Source: Azolla caroliniana
Lineage: Eukaryota; Plantae; Polypodiophyta
Assembly: GCA_043228905.1 (NCBI GenBank)
Contig: JBHGNT010000004.1
Coordinates: 15,686,001 to 15,750,000, forward strand
Direction: 5' to 3'
DNA: 64,000 nt
Of the stretch, positions 50,201 to 62,563 are shown piece after piece. The first letter of the stretch is position 1, and each line of letters opens with the position of its first letter. The notes beneath the pieces are model-generated. The model searched no databases. It was not told the origin of the DNA and saw nothing but the letters and a program-made list of their open reading frames with translations. The translations under genes were made by a program, and so were the position numbers.

Positions 50201-52827
50201 TCTTTGTGGCTCGTCATGTGGTTCGACGTGCCGGAATGAACATACCACACTTCCTCCATTTTGGAAGTGGTCTTCTTCATTGAGTTTGCCTTGTGATTCA
50301 TCACCAAGGCTGGCCCCTTACCGGCCTTTCCGGTTCCGGATCCTCCTGATCCGTTTGCGTAGTGCGAGTTTTGTTGGCCATCCTTACCGGTCTTGCCGGA
50401 TCCGGATTTGTCCATATCGGCATGCTTTCTCTAGCACTCGCTTTCCCTGTGGCGTTTTTTGCTACAGTACCAGCATTTCGTAGCGGATTTGTCTTGCCGG
50501 CCTCCGGCACCGCCTTGACTCCCCCTGCTTGTGGAAGTCCCGGAACTGCTGTCGGCACGCTCATAGTGCCTCCGTTCCTGCTCTTGCCGGCCGCCTCCAT
50601 TGCGTGCCGACCCACCTCTTCCACCACGCCCACGGAGCCGATCCGTTCCCGTGTATAGCATTCGGCTATCCAGGGATGCACTGGTAGATGCACCGGTGTG
50701 GTTCTCCTCTACAAGGAGCATCGACTATAAGTCGAAGAATGAGGGGGTATTCTCCCTTGTACACACCGCAGTCCGGAACGCTCCGAACTTGGACGCCAGG
50801 CCTCCGAGACATACCTGCACCATTTCATCTTCCTCTACGGTAACATTGATAGAGGCAAGCGAGTTGCAAATCTCCTTTATCCGGCCCGTGAAGTCTGCCA
50901 CGGACATGTTCTTCTGTCGAACATTGCTCAACTCCTGTCTGAGTTGCAGCTTCCGGGCAATGGTGCTTGCGGCGAAAACCTTTTTCAGGTTCCCCCAAGC
51001 ATCCTTCGGTGTCTTGGCGTCACGGATGTGGCTGAGCAGCTGATCGCCGACACTGGACGTGAAGCAGTACATCAGCCTGCTTGCGGCCTGTTCCCATACC
51101 GGGAAGTCCTTGTGTGCCGAGTCGGGCGCCACATCATTCCCTCCTTCGACATAACTCCAGTACCCGTGTCCAAGCAGGTACTGGTGCATCTTGTAAGACC
51201 AGGATGCGTAGTTGCTCCTGTCGAGCTTCTCCACCGGGAGCGACGTAGCCATGCCTCTATCCATATCTTCTACTGTGTCTATTTTTGACCTGTTAGGGTT
51301 TTCTTCTCAAGAGTAAATGTTTGCAGCAGAGGTTCTCAACCCTCGCGCTCTGATACCATGTAAACATGAGTCTTTGCAGAAGCATAAAACAGAGAACAAC
51401 ACACAGAGAGAGAGAGAGACAGAGAGAGATAGAGAGAGCAGAACACAATTTCAAAATTATATCAAGACTCTGTATACACACTGTGCTAAGTAGCACTATT
51501 TATACAAGTCCTCTTGGGACTGACAAAAGTACCATGTACTTCAATGCTCACACGAGCATCTAACACTTACTACGAGACTATAGCTACCTAGTAGTCTATC
51601 CTATACTAGGCTTCCGATTGGACTTCCGGTTACAGATTGCACCCGGCCTCCACTGCTTGCCGGTTCGGTTGCTCACCGTCATACCAATCCGTTTCGCCCG
51701 ATCCGTCTCGCTTACCGGCTCCGGTTGAGCTTGCTGCTCAACAGATATGCCATGTACTCGTCGTCCCCGTAGCGGTTTACGGGGTTCTTATCGCGCGTTG
51801 TTGTGCCTTTCGGCGCCGGATCGTTTGCGTGAGTCGGGTGGGGACCGCTGGGGTTTTTTACTAGGAGAAAGAAGAATATGAGATAATGTTAGTTAGGAAG
51901 AGATTGCAAGAAGAAGATATGAAACTCGTGAATCCCACGAGTATAGTGTATTAAAAGATACTTAGATTGTAAGAGAGAAATAGATGGCAAAATCGTGAAT
52001 CCCACGATTATTTTATATTACTCAAACCTTACAAAAAATCAACAACACCTATACATCTTTCTCTCTTCCTTATATAGTGTTGGAAGAGTCTAAGTTTATC
52101 ACATGCAAGCATCATGTTTTTCCTAACTTTAGTTTTCATGCACACTGCATGTGCATGATTAGCTTTCTATCCCCTCTTTTCTTTTAACTCGAGTGTGTAT
52201 GCATTTATAACTTTTTGTACCATGCATATCTAGAATATTTACATGGGATAAAGTTTAGTATAACTTTAAAATTCATAATATGCTAGTATAGTGGTAAGGC
52301 TTAAAAATCGTTAACATGGAAGTATAGGGTTCGAATCCTACCCTATGCATGTAACAATCTTTTCTTCTATTTACAAATTTGTCTCTTCATCCGGTGAGAG
52401 ACTCTCACCGGCCTTCTTTATCCGGCTCTTGCCGGTTCTCCTTGATCAGGTTCTTATCGGGTCTCCTTAAACACGTTCGCGTTCACAAGTGGAAGGATCG
52501 GGCATAAATGGAAGGATAAGGGAAATTTTAGGGGTTTTTCAATGATTTTACAAAACACATTGATACCAGTATCATACATGTTCAAACATACTATGAGAAA
52601 GGTTAAAAATCCACTATTTTCGTTATTTAGAAGTAACTAAAAAAACACGAATTTCAAAAAGATACATTCTCAATTTATATCACAAACTTTACAACCAATG
52701 TTATTTTATAAGAAACGATTTTTTAGAAATCATAAGAATTCAAAACACATGCTTTTATATTACTCGATTTGTTACAAGCGGAATGTAGTTACACTTAATA
52801 GCCAAATATACATTCATGATCACTCCT

Positions 52828-55608
52828 TTACGGAGAATCACTACTATAACTAATATACAATGACGATTCCTCCTCATCATCCTCGGATGTACCAATCAGT
52901 GCATTATCTTCGTCATAAACCAAATGGTTTGACTCTAGATTATATGTAGCAGATCTCGTTTGCCTTTGACTCGAGCCACCTTGTAGACCTGGTAATTTTT
53001 CTTTTATTATATCTATTGTTGACTTCCTTAATCGTCCGGCTTTTGTAAGTGTGAAGTCGTACACGATGATATCCACATCAGAGATATCAAGGGTCGAGGT
53101 GTTACGAATGTTTCGCTTCCTCTTCCTACTTCCCCTTCTTGTTGGCCATTCAATCATCTCTAATGTATACTTACCTGTAAAAGCATTTGCACTTCTAGTG
53201 TTGTACCAATGAACATTTATAGACTTGATCGTGTTTTCTATTTCATGCATTAGCACTTCTAGAATTTTACCAACCCAAAATTGGTGGCCATGTGAATTCT
53301 CATCAGTCGGCGTTGCAATCAACATCCCCGCGGTGAGCTCTTGCAAATTGCCTTGCCATCTAGCTTCGGCTGCTTTGGTCATCCTTGGTCCCACATAAAT
53401 GTCTCTTTGTTGTGGATGGACCAAGCTGTCATTAATCGCATTTACTAGTTGCTCCGAAGTTTTATTTACGCGATCATGTTGTAGCGACCATGTGAATGGC
53501 GTTTCCAAATTCCAATTATCAACAGATACACAATTGTCTATAATTTCTTTCTGATCACTATAAAATACATCCCACCATGACGTGTCTTGTTGTGCGGCAT
53601 ATTTCTTGGTGGCCTCAATATGCTTTCTTTTTTCTTCTAAGGCTTGGAGCCATGACCGTTTTTGTTCTGATACCAAGTCGCTCTGTAACTGTCCTTTCTT
53701 CTGAATTGGCATTTGCTTAGCTCCATGGACAATTGTACTTGGCATACAAAGTAATAACTGGCAACCACCTTCAGGTTCCCATGTTGTAGAAGATGAATAT
53801 TGTTTAGAATACAAAAGTGTAGAACCACTTATTCCATTTTTCTTTATCATAAAAATGTGATTGAAACTTATATTGTTTAACTGAGCAAGCACTTTAACAT
53901 TCCCACCACCCCCATCTAATATATATCTCTTAAAGTCATATACCTCCTTCAAGTGTAACACTTTTGGGCGTGGTGTATAAGCATCACAAATGACATCAAA
54001 TAGTTTAGGTAAAGTGAAAGCATCATGCCGAGACAACTGTCTGGAGAATGTGCTAAACATCTGATATATATGGTCATGTGTGTGGCCAACCAAAAGGAAA
54101 TTGACTTTCACTTTCCTAAACAATTCTAGGTTGACCAACATACTTAGATAGCCAAATACAGTTGAATTTTTGTTCTCTCTAGCAGTATTATCCAATTGAA
54201 TGTATAGAACAGGGGGGAAAGGTTGGCCCCAAGACATCAAAACTCGGTGAATCACTGTAACTGTTAGGTTAGGGTCATTGTGAACATTGGGGTAAGTAAT
54301 GAAGACGTGAGGTCGAATAGACCTATTATAAGCCAAGCATCCCACCAAGTGCATTTGGATAAGGCACTCATCATTGACATCTTTGGGGAGCCTCCACATA
54401 TGCGGCAAGCATGTCTTCTTCTGGTCCATGCCATCTATCATTAAGCACATGTATTGTTCGGGCCTCTTCAAACACTTCTCTCTATGATGCATCGCCTGCT
54501 TTCGTTCTAAGGATTGTGCCTCACGATGCTCTTATAGTAACTTCTTACTTGTATCCTTTTCCATTGATGTCTTTGCACCTTTAGCCAAACTTTTAAGATT
54601 TGCACAAATGGAGAAATACCCCATACATACTTTACGAGGAATAATAACATTTGAAAACCGAGCTCTCCATAATCTTGTGAATTGGCTATAGGTGATAGAC
54701 TTATTACGTGAGCCTAGCATATCAGATCGATAGACATCATAAACTTCCCGACGTGTATAATTATCAGAAAGATGCATCCTACCTGTAGTGGGCATTACTT
54801 CACAATTTAACTGAAAGTAAGTTTTCATCCAACCAATCGCATGTCTTCCAATTGCACCTTTCATACTTGGAACCTCTTTACAATTGAGCATCTGATCCCC
54901 GCTAACTAGACGTTGTTGTACTCTATGTAGCCGCATGTTACTAACACATAATGCAATTTTGAATGCAACTCTACATATCTGTTGCGCATGGAAGATATAA
55001 TACTCGAATGATACTTTGATCCCCGTATATTTGTCAGATACTAGTTGCATATGTGACCCGAGGTAAGTGTCTTGCTCATCACCGGTCATCGAAAAATAGT
55101 ATCGCCTTAATTCTCACAACTTTGATTTTCCAATCATAGACATACAACCACGGGCACAACATATTTTTTTGACATCAAATCCAATCTGTTTATCTGATGT
55201 CACCAAGCTAAATCTAGCCAGACGAATTCTTCGTGGTATTCTTCTAATATGCATAGGGCTCCCAGATTTCTCTTCCTGCATAGAGGTTGGTGTAACCTTG
55301 TTACAGTCTACTTCTCTGTTGTGACCATCGCCAATGTTATTCAATGTTTCCTGGGCATTACCTTCATTCTCCGTATCTTTATTAATATCGTATTCTTCAA
55401 TAGAGAACTCTTCACATGTGTCATTATTTACATTCCCTGTAGATGAGCTCAAACAATATTCTTCGATAGAATATGGTGAGTTGGTCGACAGACAATATTC
55501 TTCAATCGAATATGGTGACTATGTTGACAAACAATACTCTTCAGTAGAAAACGATGGGTCTGATGACAAACAATATTCTTCAATCGAGAACGGTGAATCT
55601 TCACTCAT
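52828..55608 (-). pseudogene. Sola1-like (DUF7869-type) transposase, ~926 codons, three in-frame stops
   Basis: ORFs 55452-55114, 55089-54532 and 54492-52828 share one frame with ATG 55608; motifs IDGMDQ, IQLDNTARENKN, FLLVGHTHDHIYQMFS; N-terminal 13-aa repeats SP(F/Y)SIEEYCLS. Confidence 0.85.
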
Positions 55609-56309
55609 GGCTTAAGGTCTAGATAGGGCTCTCTAAATTATGTGCTTAGGGTAAGGAAAAAAACTAATAAGCTCCTCTCTAAACATATACTCCTCTCTAA
55701 ACATAAACTTCTCTCTAAACAAAAGCCAAATCAATAGAATGTCTATATTATGTAATATTCTATTAATACAATACATCAAAAAATTAGTTTTAATAAAGTA
55801 ATTGTACTTAAAATATCAATTATTATATAAACTACATCTATATGAAGTTAAATCAAGTATAATATAAAACTAATCATTAACAAGCCATGAATATGTTGGA
55901 TTAATGTTAAAATCATGGGCTAATTAATGGCACCCATTTTGATATAGAACGTCTCACTCATTGGTTCTTTAATGGTCACCATTTTAAATATTAGACTTAT
56001 CAATCCTTGGTTAATTCATGCCAACATCTTTAATACACAGCATTTGAGAGTCATACAAATTGTTACTTTTAGTAATCAATCATTGGTACATTCATGAACC
56101 TCTATCATTGTCTCCATCATGACCTTTGAAGTCGTTGCAGGTTGTTATGACTATAAAAGATTGATCAATATGTTAGTTTGACTTTGTAATCATTAATGCA
56201 ATCATAAGTTACTCTAGTTAATGTGACTGTGGTTACCAACTAACTATCCTCAAACTTACCAACCTTTGTTAAGGTGACTATGGTTACTTTAACCAATGTG
56301 GTCAATCCC

Positions 56310-56320
56310 TATAAATAGGA
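56310..56320 (+). promoter_or_regulatory. TATA box of the methyltransferase gene
   Basis: CTATAAATAGG ~140 bp upstream of ATG 56452, followed by a short-repeat (ACAGAGC) leader. Confidence 0.55.
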
Positions 56321-56451
56321 AGACCTCGTCATATTTCACTCACAAGAGCGTACAGAGCGTACAGAGCACACATAACGTACAGAGCACACAAAGCACACAG
56401 AGCACAAAGCACCAAAGCGCGATCTCCGCCTCCACTGCCACACGATCAACC

Positions 56452-59400
56452 ATGTCTTCAAAGAGAATCGAGCGCGAGGACTCCAGGTAGGCCTCTGACA
56501 TTGTGGACATTTTTGTAAATATGTTTCGTTGCTCAAGAACTCGATACGGCGTATCGAGTTCCTGTATACAATACAAACTTTATACATGAACTCGATACGG
56601 CGTATCGAGTTCATAATTTGTTTTTGCTTTTTAAACGGGAACTCGATACGGCGTATCGAGTTCCTGTTTAAAACCTACACTTTAAACACGAATTCGATAC
56701 GGTGTATCGAGTTCGTGTTTAAATTCCAAACTTTAAACGGGAACTCGATACGGCGTATCGAGTTCGTGTTTAAAGTTTGGATTTTAAACAGGAACTCGAT
56801 ACGGCGTATCGAGTTCATGTTTAAAGTTTAGGTTTTAAACACGAACTCGATACGCCGTATCGAGTTCCTATTTAAAAAGCAAAGAAAGCAGAGGAACTCG
56901 ATACGGCGTATCGAGTTCCCGTTTAAAGTTTAGGATTTAAACAGGAACTCGATACGCTGGCATATCGAGTTCCTGTATAAAAGAAGGCTCTGAGAGAGAA
57001 AAATTGTGTTTTTGGGGTAACAAATTAATTATTGTGTGGAAAAGATATCAAATTGTCTGTCAAAATCAGTCTTTTTTATGTTGACTTTCCTTACTTTTAA
57101 AAAAAAAATGCTCTAATTATAGGTGTTTTATGACCTACTTTAGCTTAAAATAGTAGAAAATGATCCACAAATTGCCTTTACGATAGCAAATTCTCCTCAA
57201 TATAGGTTTGGAATCTATATAAGTCATACCTACTATTTAAAAGAATATATAACCCTGTTTACTTATTACGATATATATTTTATAAGTTGAATAGCCCTGC
57301 CTATAATAGATTTTTGAATATAGAACTGCTAGTGAGAACTGTTCTTCATGATAATATACAACCTTAATCTACGTGACCACTTAACTTATGTTTTTGCATA
57401 TATTTTCTTAAATAGGTCGTTTGAGAACCTGTCGGACCGACCCGTGAAGAAAATAAAGCTACGCATACAGGGTTCTCCAATCGAAGCCCAAACCAAGGTA
57501 GCTCCTGAGACCATGAAGAGAGGAAAAAGCTTCTCTTCAATGAAGAGACCAAATCTCAGCCACATATTGATGTTAGCCAAAAGAAACTTGTCGCCGCTAC
57601 TGGAGGTGAAGACCTTCCTGACCAAGATCTAACGGACAAGGAATGGTGTATGCAATATGTCGACTCAAAGAAAAAAGTCGTATTGTATACAGCAAAGAAG
57701 AAGGGGGAGGGGCAGCTTGGAAAGGAAACCCCATTTATGTATGGCCGTATTCTACGATTTGACTACGAAGATGCAGATTCGGCCAACATACTGGTAATGA
57801 TAGAGTGCTCCAAGGGGGTACGTAAAGTGTTCCTTTCAGAAGACCTTTTAGTAAAGGAATCTTGTGGGCCAGAAGCGTTCAAAAAAGATCTTGAAAGCTC
57901 ACAAAACCTTATTGTTACCTTGAGGCCTTATATACAAGGCCATGTAACTCTAAGAGATGAAGTGCCCTCCCCATTGAAGGCCACAAAAAGGGTATCCAAA
58001 GTCCAGTCAAGACCACCAAAGAAGAAGACAACCAAAATTTCGGACACAGATTCAACAAGTGAAAACGAAGAGGAGGATAATAAGGGGACGCCAGGAGCTG
58101 AGCTGGCCTCGGGTGTTTTGTCATCCGAGCAGAATAAGATAAGGAGAGAGTTAATGCAACGGAAACTGGTCAGGAAAGGGCAAGTGTTTAATTTGCCTAT
58201 AACACACATCCATCGGCCCCCTATTGATGAAAAAACAGGTCGACGACCACTTGAGATTAGAGAGCCACACCACATGCATGTTCAAAATCTCAAGAAAAAA
58301 ATGAAAATTAATCCTCATGCCACTGTGGTGCCTTTTATTGTTATGGTAGATCCTGAAGAATGTGAAACCATTGAAGATTTTCATATTAGAAAGCATGATC
58401 AATATAATTATTTTGTCATTGGTGGATCGCATTCAGCAGAGGCACGTCGGCAACTTGTGAGAGAACATCCAACAACTTTCTTCTTCAAGTATGCCGAGTG
58501 CAAAATTTATGTTGGGCTCACAACCAAAGAGGCTAAGTTGTTGGCATGGGACCATAATAATGATAATGACTATAGGCAGAAAATGTCATCCATTGAGCGT
58601 ATACGGTTCTTCCACCAAGAGTATTTAGACGTGAAACAAAAGTTTGGTGTGAAGTTACATCCAGGCCTACGACGTCAATGTCTGCATGAAGTCGGCATTG
58701 TGGTAGATGATAATGTTAGGTCCGATGGTCTTCGAAAGTATGAGTCTTGGTTTCAATTGGCGTTTAGAGATGGAGAAGTATGGGACCTACAAGATCAAAT
58801 CTTCTCAATGTGGGAGAATGAGGTAAAGTGTCAACGACAAAAGAAATGTAAGGTTGACCCTCAACTAGAGTTAAAGTCACAAGCCGCCAAGAAAATTGAC
58901 TTGACAATTGAAGAAGCGGCAGACGACATGAAGCTGTCTCTATGGAGAGCGATGCAAGGTATTAAGGACGAGCAGCTTCTTGTGTCTGTTCTGTCAAGGG
59001 TTGTGGCGAAAGATTTAAGCCTTGAAGAAATGGTCACTGAGTTCAATAAGTAAGTCTTTCAAATACTGAAATTGTAGTCTATCTGGTGTAATTCAAAGTT
59101 CTAATCTTGATTTCTAATTTTACAGTCATAAGGTGTACATGAAGATCCAAGAAGTTATGATGAAACAACTTGGATGTATAACTTGGGAACAAGTGACCGA
59201 GGATTATCCTCTAACGTCTTCATATAAGGCGTTATCAGAGTATTTTATTGCATTCAAGGATTGGGTTAGTATTCATGGTTTTTCATTACCCTTTCATCAT
59301 ATGTAGAGCTTGTATAATAATACCTGATGTCCTATTGCTTCTATTAGAAACCATGTCGAGGCAAGAAACAAGGAGAAGTTAAGGATATACACGATTTCCC

Positions 59401-60638
59401 TACATCCTTCCTTGCACATCTCGAGCGAGCCAGAAAAGAAAAGGATCGTCGCTTAGTCAAGGCGTACGAAATGGAGGAAGATGGCTCCTTTAAAAAATTT
59501 AGCCACAAAAAAGATATTACGAGAGATCTTTACTACAATGTGGTTTGCGGTGATGTCGTCGACTTGATCCAAAAGGTGCCAAAGAAGGAATATACGCTAA
59601 TGATTGCGGATATTCCTTATGGATTTCGAATGGCTGGGTCATCATACGACGATGAACCGTTTAGGTTTAAACAATTGGAGAAGATGGTCAAGGATTTCGC
59701 TGAGCTAACGACCGCATCCTTGTGGCGAATAGTTGTCTTTCATAGTATGGACCAAGGGTACTCGGTAGCTCAAGCTTTGAGATCTCGTTGCCATGGCATT
59801 GAGAACCTTGCATGGTAAGGATTATTTATAGGTGTCTTTCACTATATTGCATTTCTTAAGGTTGTTGAATCTATTCTTAACTCGATGTATTATTTTTTAT
59901 AGGATCAAGACCAATGTAAATAGAGGGCCAACTTTTCGGTTCGTTAATGCCATTGAATACATAACGGTTGGCTACTTCGATGAAATTAAGAAACCGAGAA
60001 TCAAAGAGCATTCTAATGAAGTGGGAGGTTCAAATCTGTTGGTATATCCAGCAGTGACACGGAAATTGCGACATGTCACCACGACAGAACGGGGACTTGT
60101 CAACCCATACCAAAAACCTCAACGACTTATGATGCGCTTGATCGAGATGTTTTCTGTCGAAGGAGACTGGATATTAGATCTCTTTTCTGGCACAAGTATT
60201 CCTCGAACTAGGGTAACGATCTTGAGATAACCAATCCTTTTTTTTTTCGTTTGACAACTAAATCTTCTTGTTACTTAAATCACAGGAACTACGTCTGCAT
60301 GTGCATTGAAGCTTTTTAGAAATACAGTTGCATTGGAGAAGGACGAGGACCAAGTTATATTCATTAATATGCGGATTAAGGCTTTGTGGGAGTGCCCAGA
60401 CCAGGATGAGGAGGTCGGCGCAAAGAACTTCGCCAATACAGAAAGGTTTCAACCTGCTTCGCGAGAGGCTATTCCTCCGTTAGCCGGCGAACCGGGGGAG
60501 CTAATAGAGCTTGATGATGAGCTTATAGAAGATATTTCGTTGGCTCGGCTAACAGGGGAAACCAATGCACGTATAGCCGAAGACAGTTCTACACAAGATG
60601 ATGAAGAAAATGACGTTGATGAATTGATTGCTATGTAA
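56452..60638 (+). pseudogene. 6-exon gene (~973 aa): ParB/Srx-like domain fused to a beta-class N6-adenine/N4-cytosine DNA methyltransferase (N6_N4_Mtase-like)
   Basis: Exons 56452-56486, 57416-59049, 59126-59264, 59348-59814, 59903-60195, 60286-60638; all introns GT..AG and phase-consistent except one 1-bp deletion near 57508. ParB-like VQNLKKKM..PFIVMV..YFVIGGSHSAEA..EAKLLAWDHN; MTase GDVVDLI, IADIPYG (59609-59620), WIKTN, NPYQKP (60111-60119), EGDWILDLFSGT(R)TT..ALEKD. Confidence 0.85.
56537..56972. repeat. Array of nine palindromes GAACTCGATACG-N-CGTATCGAGTTC at an exact 51-bp period, in intron 1 of the MTase gene
   Basis: Starts at 56537, 56588, 56639, 56690, 56741, 56792, 56843, 56894, 56945; 26-bp AT-rich linkers, often with TTTAAA arms. 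Confidence 0.97.
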
Positions 60639-61905
60639 TAGACTCTGTGAAGAAAATGACACTGACGATTTGTTAGGATTTCACATTATTAATACAAATT
60701 TTGGGTTTTACCTAGTGGATTCTATTCTTTATAATCTTCTATATGTTTCAATTTTATTTTTATATACTTGGTTAGTAGATTTATGACATTGGTTTCACCG
60801 TGTGCATAGCTGACTACCAAACTTATGGAGAAACATGAACTAGTTTAAATTGAGGCTGATTTTGGTCCAAGCTAACCTTAACAGAACATGGCCCTATAAT
60901 TGTTGCCATGACTGTCCATGTTGTTATTATGGATCTTTGTCTTCTATTGTTAAAACTATTATGTTTCTATTCCATTGCTGCTTAGATTGTTTAGTGTGTT
61001 GATAATGGTTCCATTTGCGTTATCGTTCGGAGTTTGATCCTGTGTGAATCACCTAAGCAATAGAGTAGATCAATTTTAAATACAGGTATGAAAGCCTAAT
61101 AGGTTTGTTATTTCCACGACATTATCCTAAAGTTCACTGCCTTACATTGTCCACAATTATATACATATGGTTTGATCCCATATGAACAAACTGAGGAATA
61201 GATTAGATCAACTTTAAATATAAGTATTGAATACTTTAATAAGTTAGTTATTCCAATCACTTATCCTAATGTGCACTATCCTACATTTTCCACAATTACA
61301 TACATGCACGTATGGGTCAAAGTATAAATTATAACTCATTTTATTAGTATGGATACAAGTACACCTGATATTTTTGTAAAACTTACCTAATTAATATAAG
61401 TCTTTAAGTTAGTGTTTCCCTTGTCGCACTGTAGTGACATATTGAGCCACAGTTGAACTTTATTATGCCTACATTAACTTATCAACATGTCTAAACTTGC
61501 ATGATATCTAATGATCTCCACTCGTAGATCTATCATGTATTTTTATATTTGCAAATTCTCATCAAGTTGAGGAGCATGTGATACTAGTGCATCCAATTTT
61601 TGTAGAGAGGGTGTATTTGCTTCGTTTTAAGAAGATTCTACAAGTGGAATGCGCAATCCTTCCACTTGTGAACGCGAACGTGTTCTTACCAGTTCCTCCT
61701 TGCCGATTCCATCCTTCATCCGGTTCTCACTGGTTCCTCCTTACCGATTCCATCCTTCATCCGGCTCTCACCGGTTCCTCCTTGCCGGTTCCGTCCTTCA
61801 TCCGGTTCTCACCGGTTCTTCCTTACCGATTCCATCCTTCATCCGGTTCTCACCGGTTCCTCCTTGCCAGTTCCATCCGAAGGGACAAAAATGCGATTTT
61901 CACGT

Positions 61906-62563
61906 TGTCGTAGTTTGAATCATACACTACGTGAAATATGTAAAATATTATATCTGATTTAAAGTACATATAATAAATAAAATAAAATATTAAAAATATT
62001 TATTACGTGCATAAGGCAGGGTTCGAACCCTATACCTCCACGTAGACAAACCCCAGCCTTACCACTATACTAGCATATTATGACTTTTAAAGTTATACTA
62101 AACTTTATCCCGTGTAAATGTTCTAGATATGCATGGTACAAAAAGTTATTCATGCATACACACTCGAGTTAAAAGAAAAGATGGGATAGAAAGTTAATCA
62201 TGCACATGTAGTGTGCATGAAAACTAAAGTTAGGAAAAGCATGATGCTTGCATGTGATAAACTTAGACTCTTCCAACACTATATAAGGGAGAGAGAAAGA
62301 TGTATAGTGGTTGTTGCTTATTTTACAAGGGTGGATTAATATAATATAATCATGGGATTCACAAATTTGCTAACTATTTTTCTCTCTTAATCTGAGTACT
62401 CACTAATGCACTATACTCATGGGATTCACGAGTTTTTCATATCTTTCTTCCTTACAACATATTTCATATTCTTCATTGCCTTAGAATTTTCTTTTCTCCT
62501 AGTCCAAATTCTCAGTGGTTTCCGCCCGACTCACGCAACGATCCGAAGCCGAAAGGCACAACA
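61906..62563 (+). mobile_element. Inverted L700 solo LTR inserted in the end of another L700 copy
   Basis: TGTCGTAG...GGCACAACA with perfect TSD ACGT (61902-61905, 62564-62567); reverse-complement match to 3437-4157. Confidence 0.8.

Larger units (their letters stand above)
28482..51743 (-). mobile_element. Ty1/Copia ('Copia A') with internally duplicated pol; LTRs 28482-28932 and 51359-51743
   Basis: TSD GATAT (28477-28481, 51744-51748); PBS-iMet TGGTATCAGAGC (51347-51358, minus strand); gag from 51264; two PR/INT/RT/RH sets. Confidence 0.92.
52470..61684. mobile_element. Sola1-like DNA transposon (9215 bp) carrying a transposase and a ParB-like/amino-methyltransferase gene
   Basis: Perfect 29-bp TIRs AACACGTTCGCGTTCACAAGTGGAAGGAT (52470-52498; reverse complement 61656-61684); 4-bp TSD CTTA (52466-52469, 61685-61688). 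Confidence 0.92.

Noticed and set aside
56537-56972. Bona fide CRISPR array
   Set aside because: Linkers are only 26 bp and resemble each other (TTTAAA arms), the repeat is a full palindrome, no cas genes are present, and it lies in a spliceosomal intron of a eukaryotic transposon
57650-60638. Bacterial or phage contamination explaining the ParB-MTase
   Set aside because: Five phase-consistent GT-AG introns and nesting with TSDs inside plant retroelements
51799-62563. ~600-bp long TIRs defining a larger composite transposon
   Set aside because: The right arm (61906-62563) has its own ACGT TSD and is a separate inverted insertion; the real transposon ends are the 29-bp TIRs with CTTA TSD
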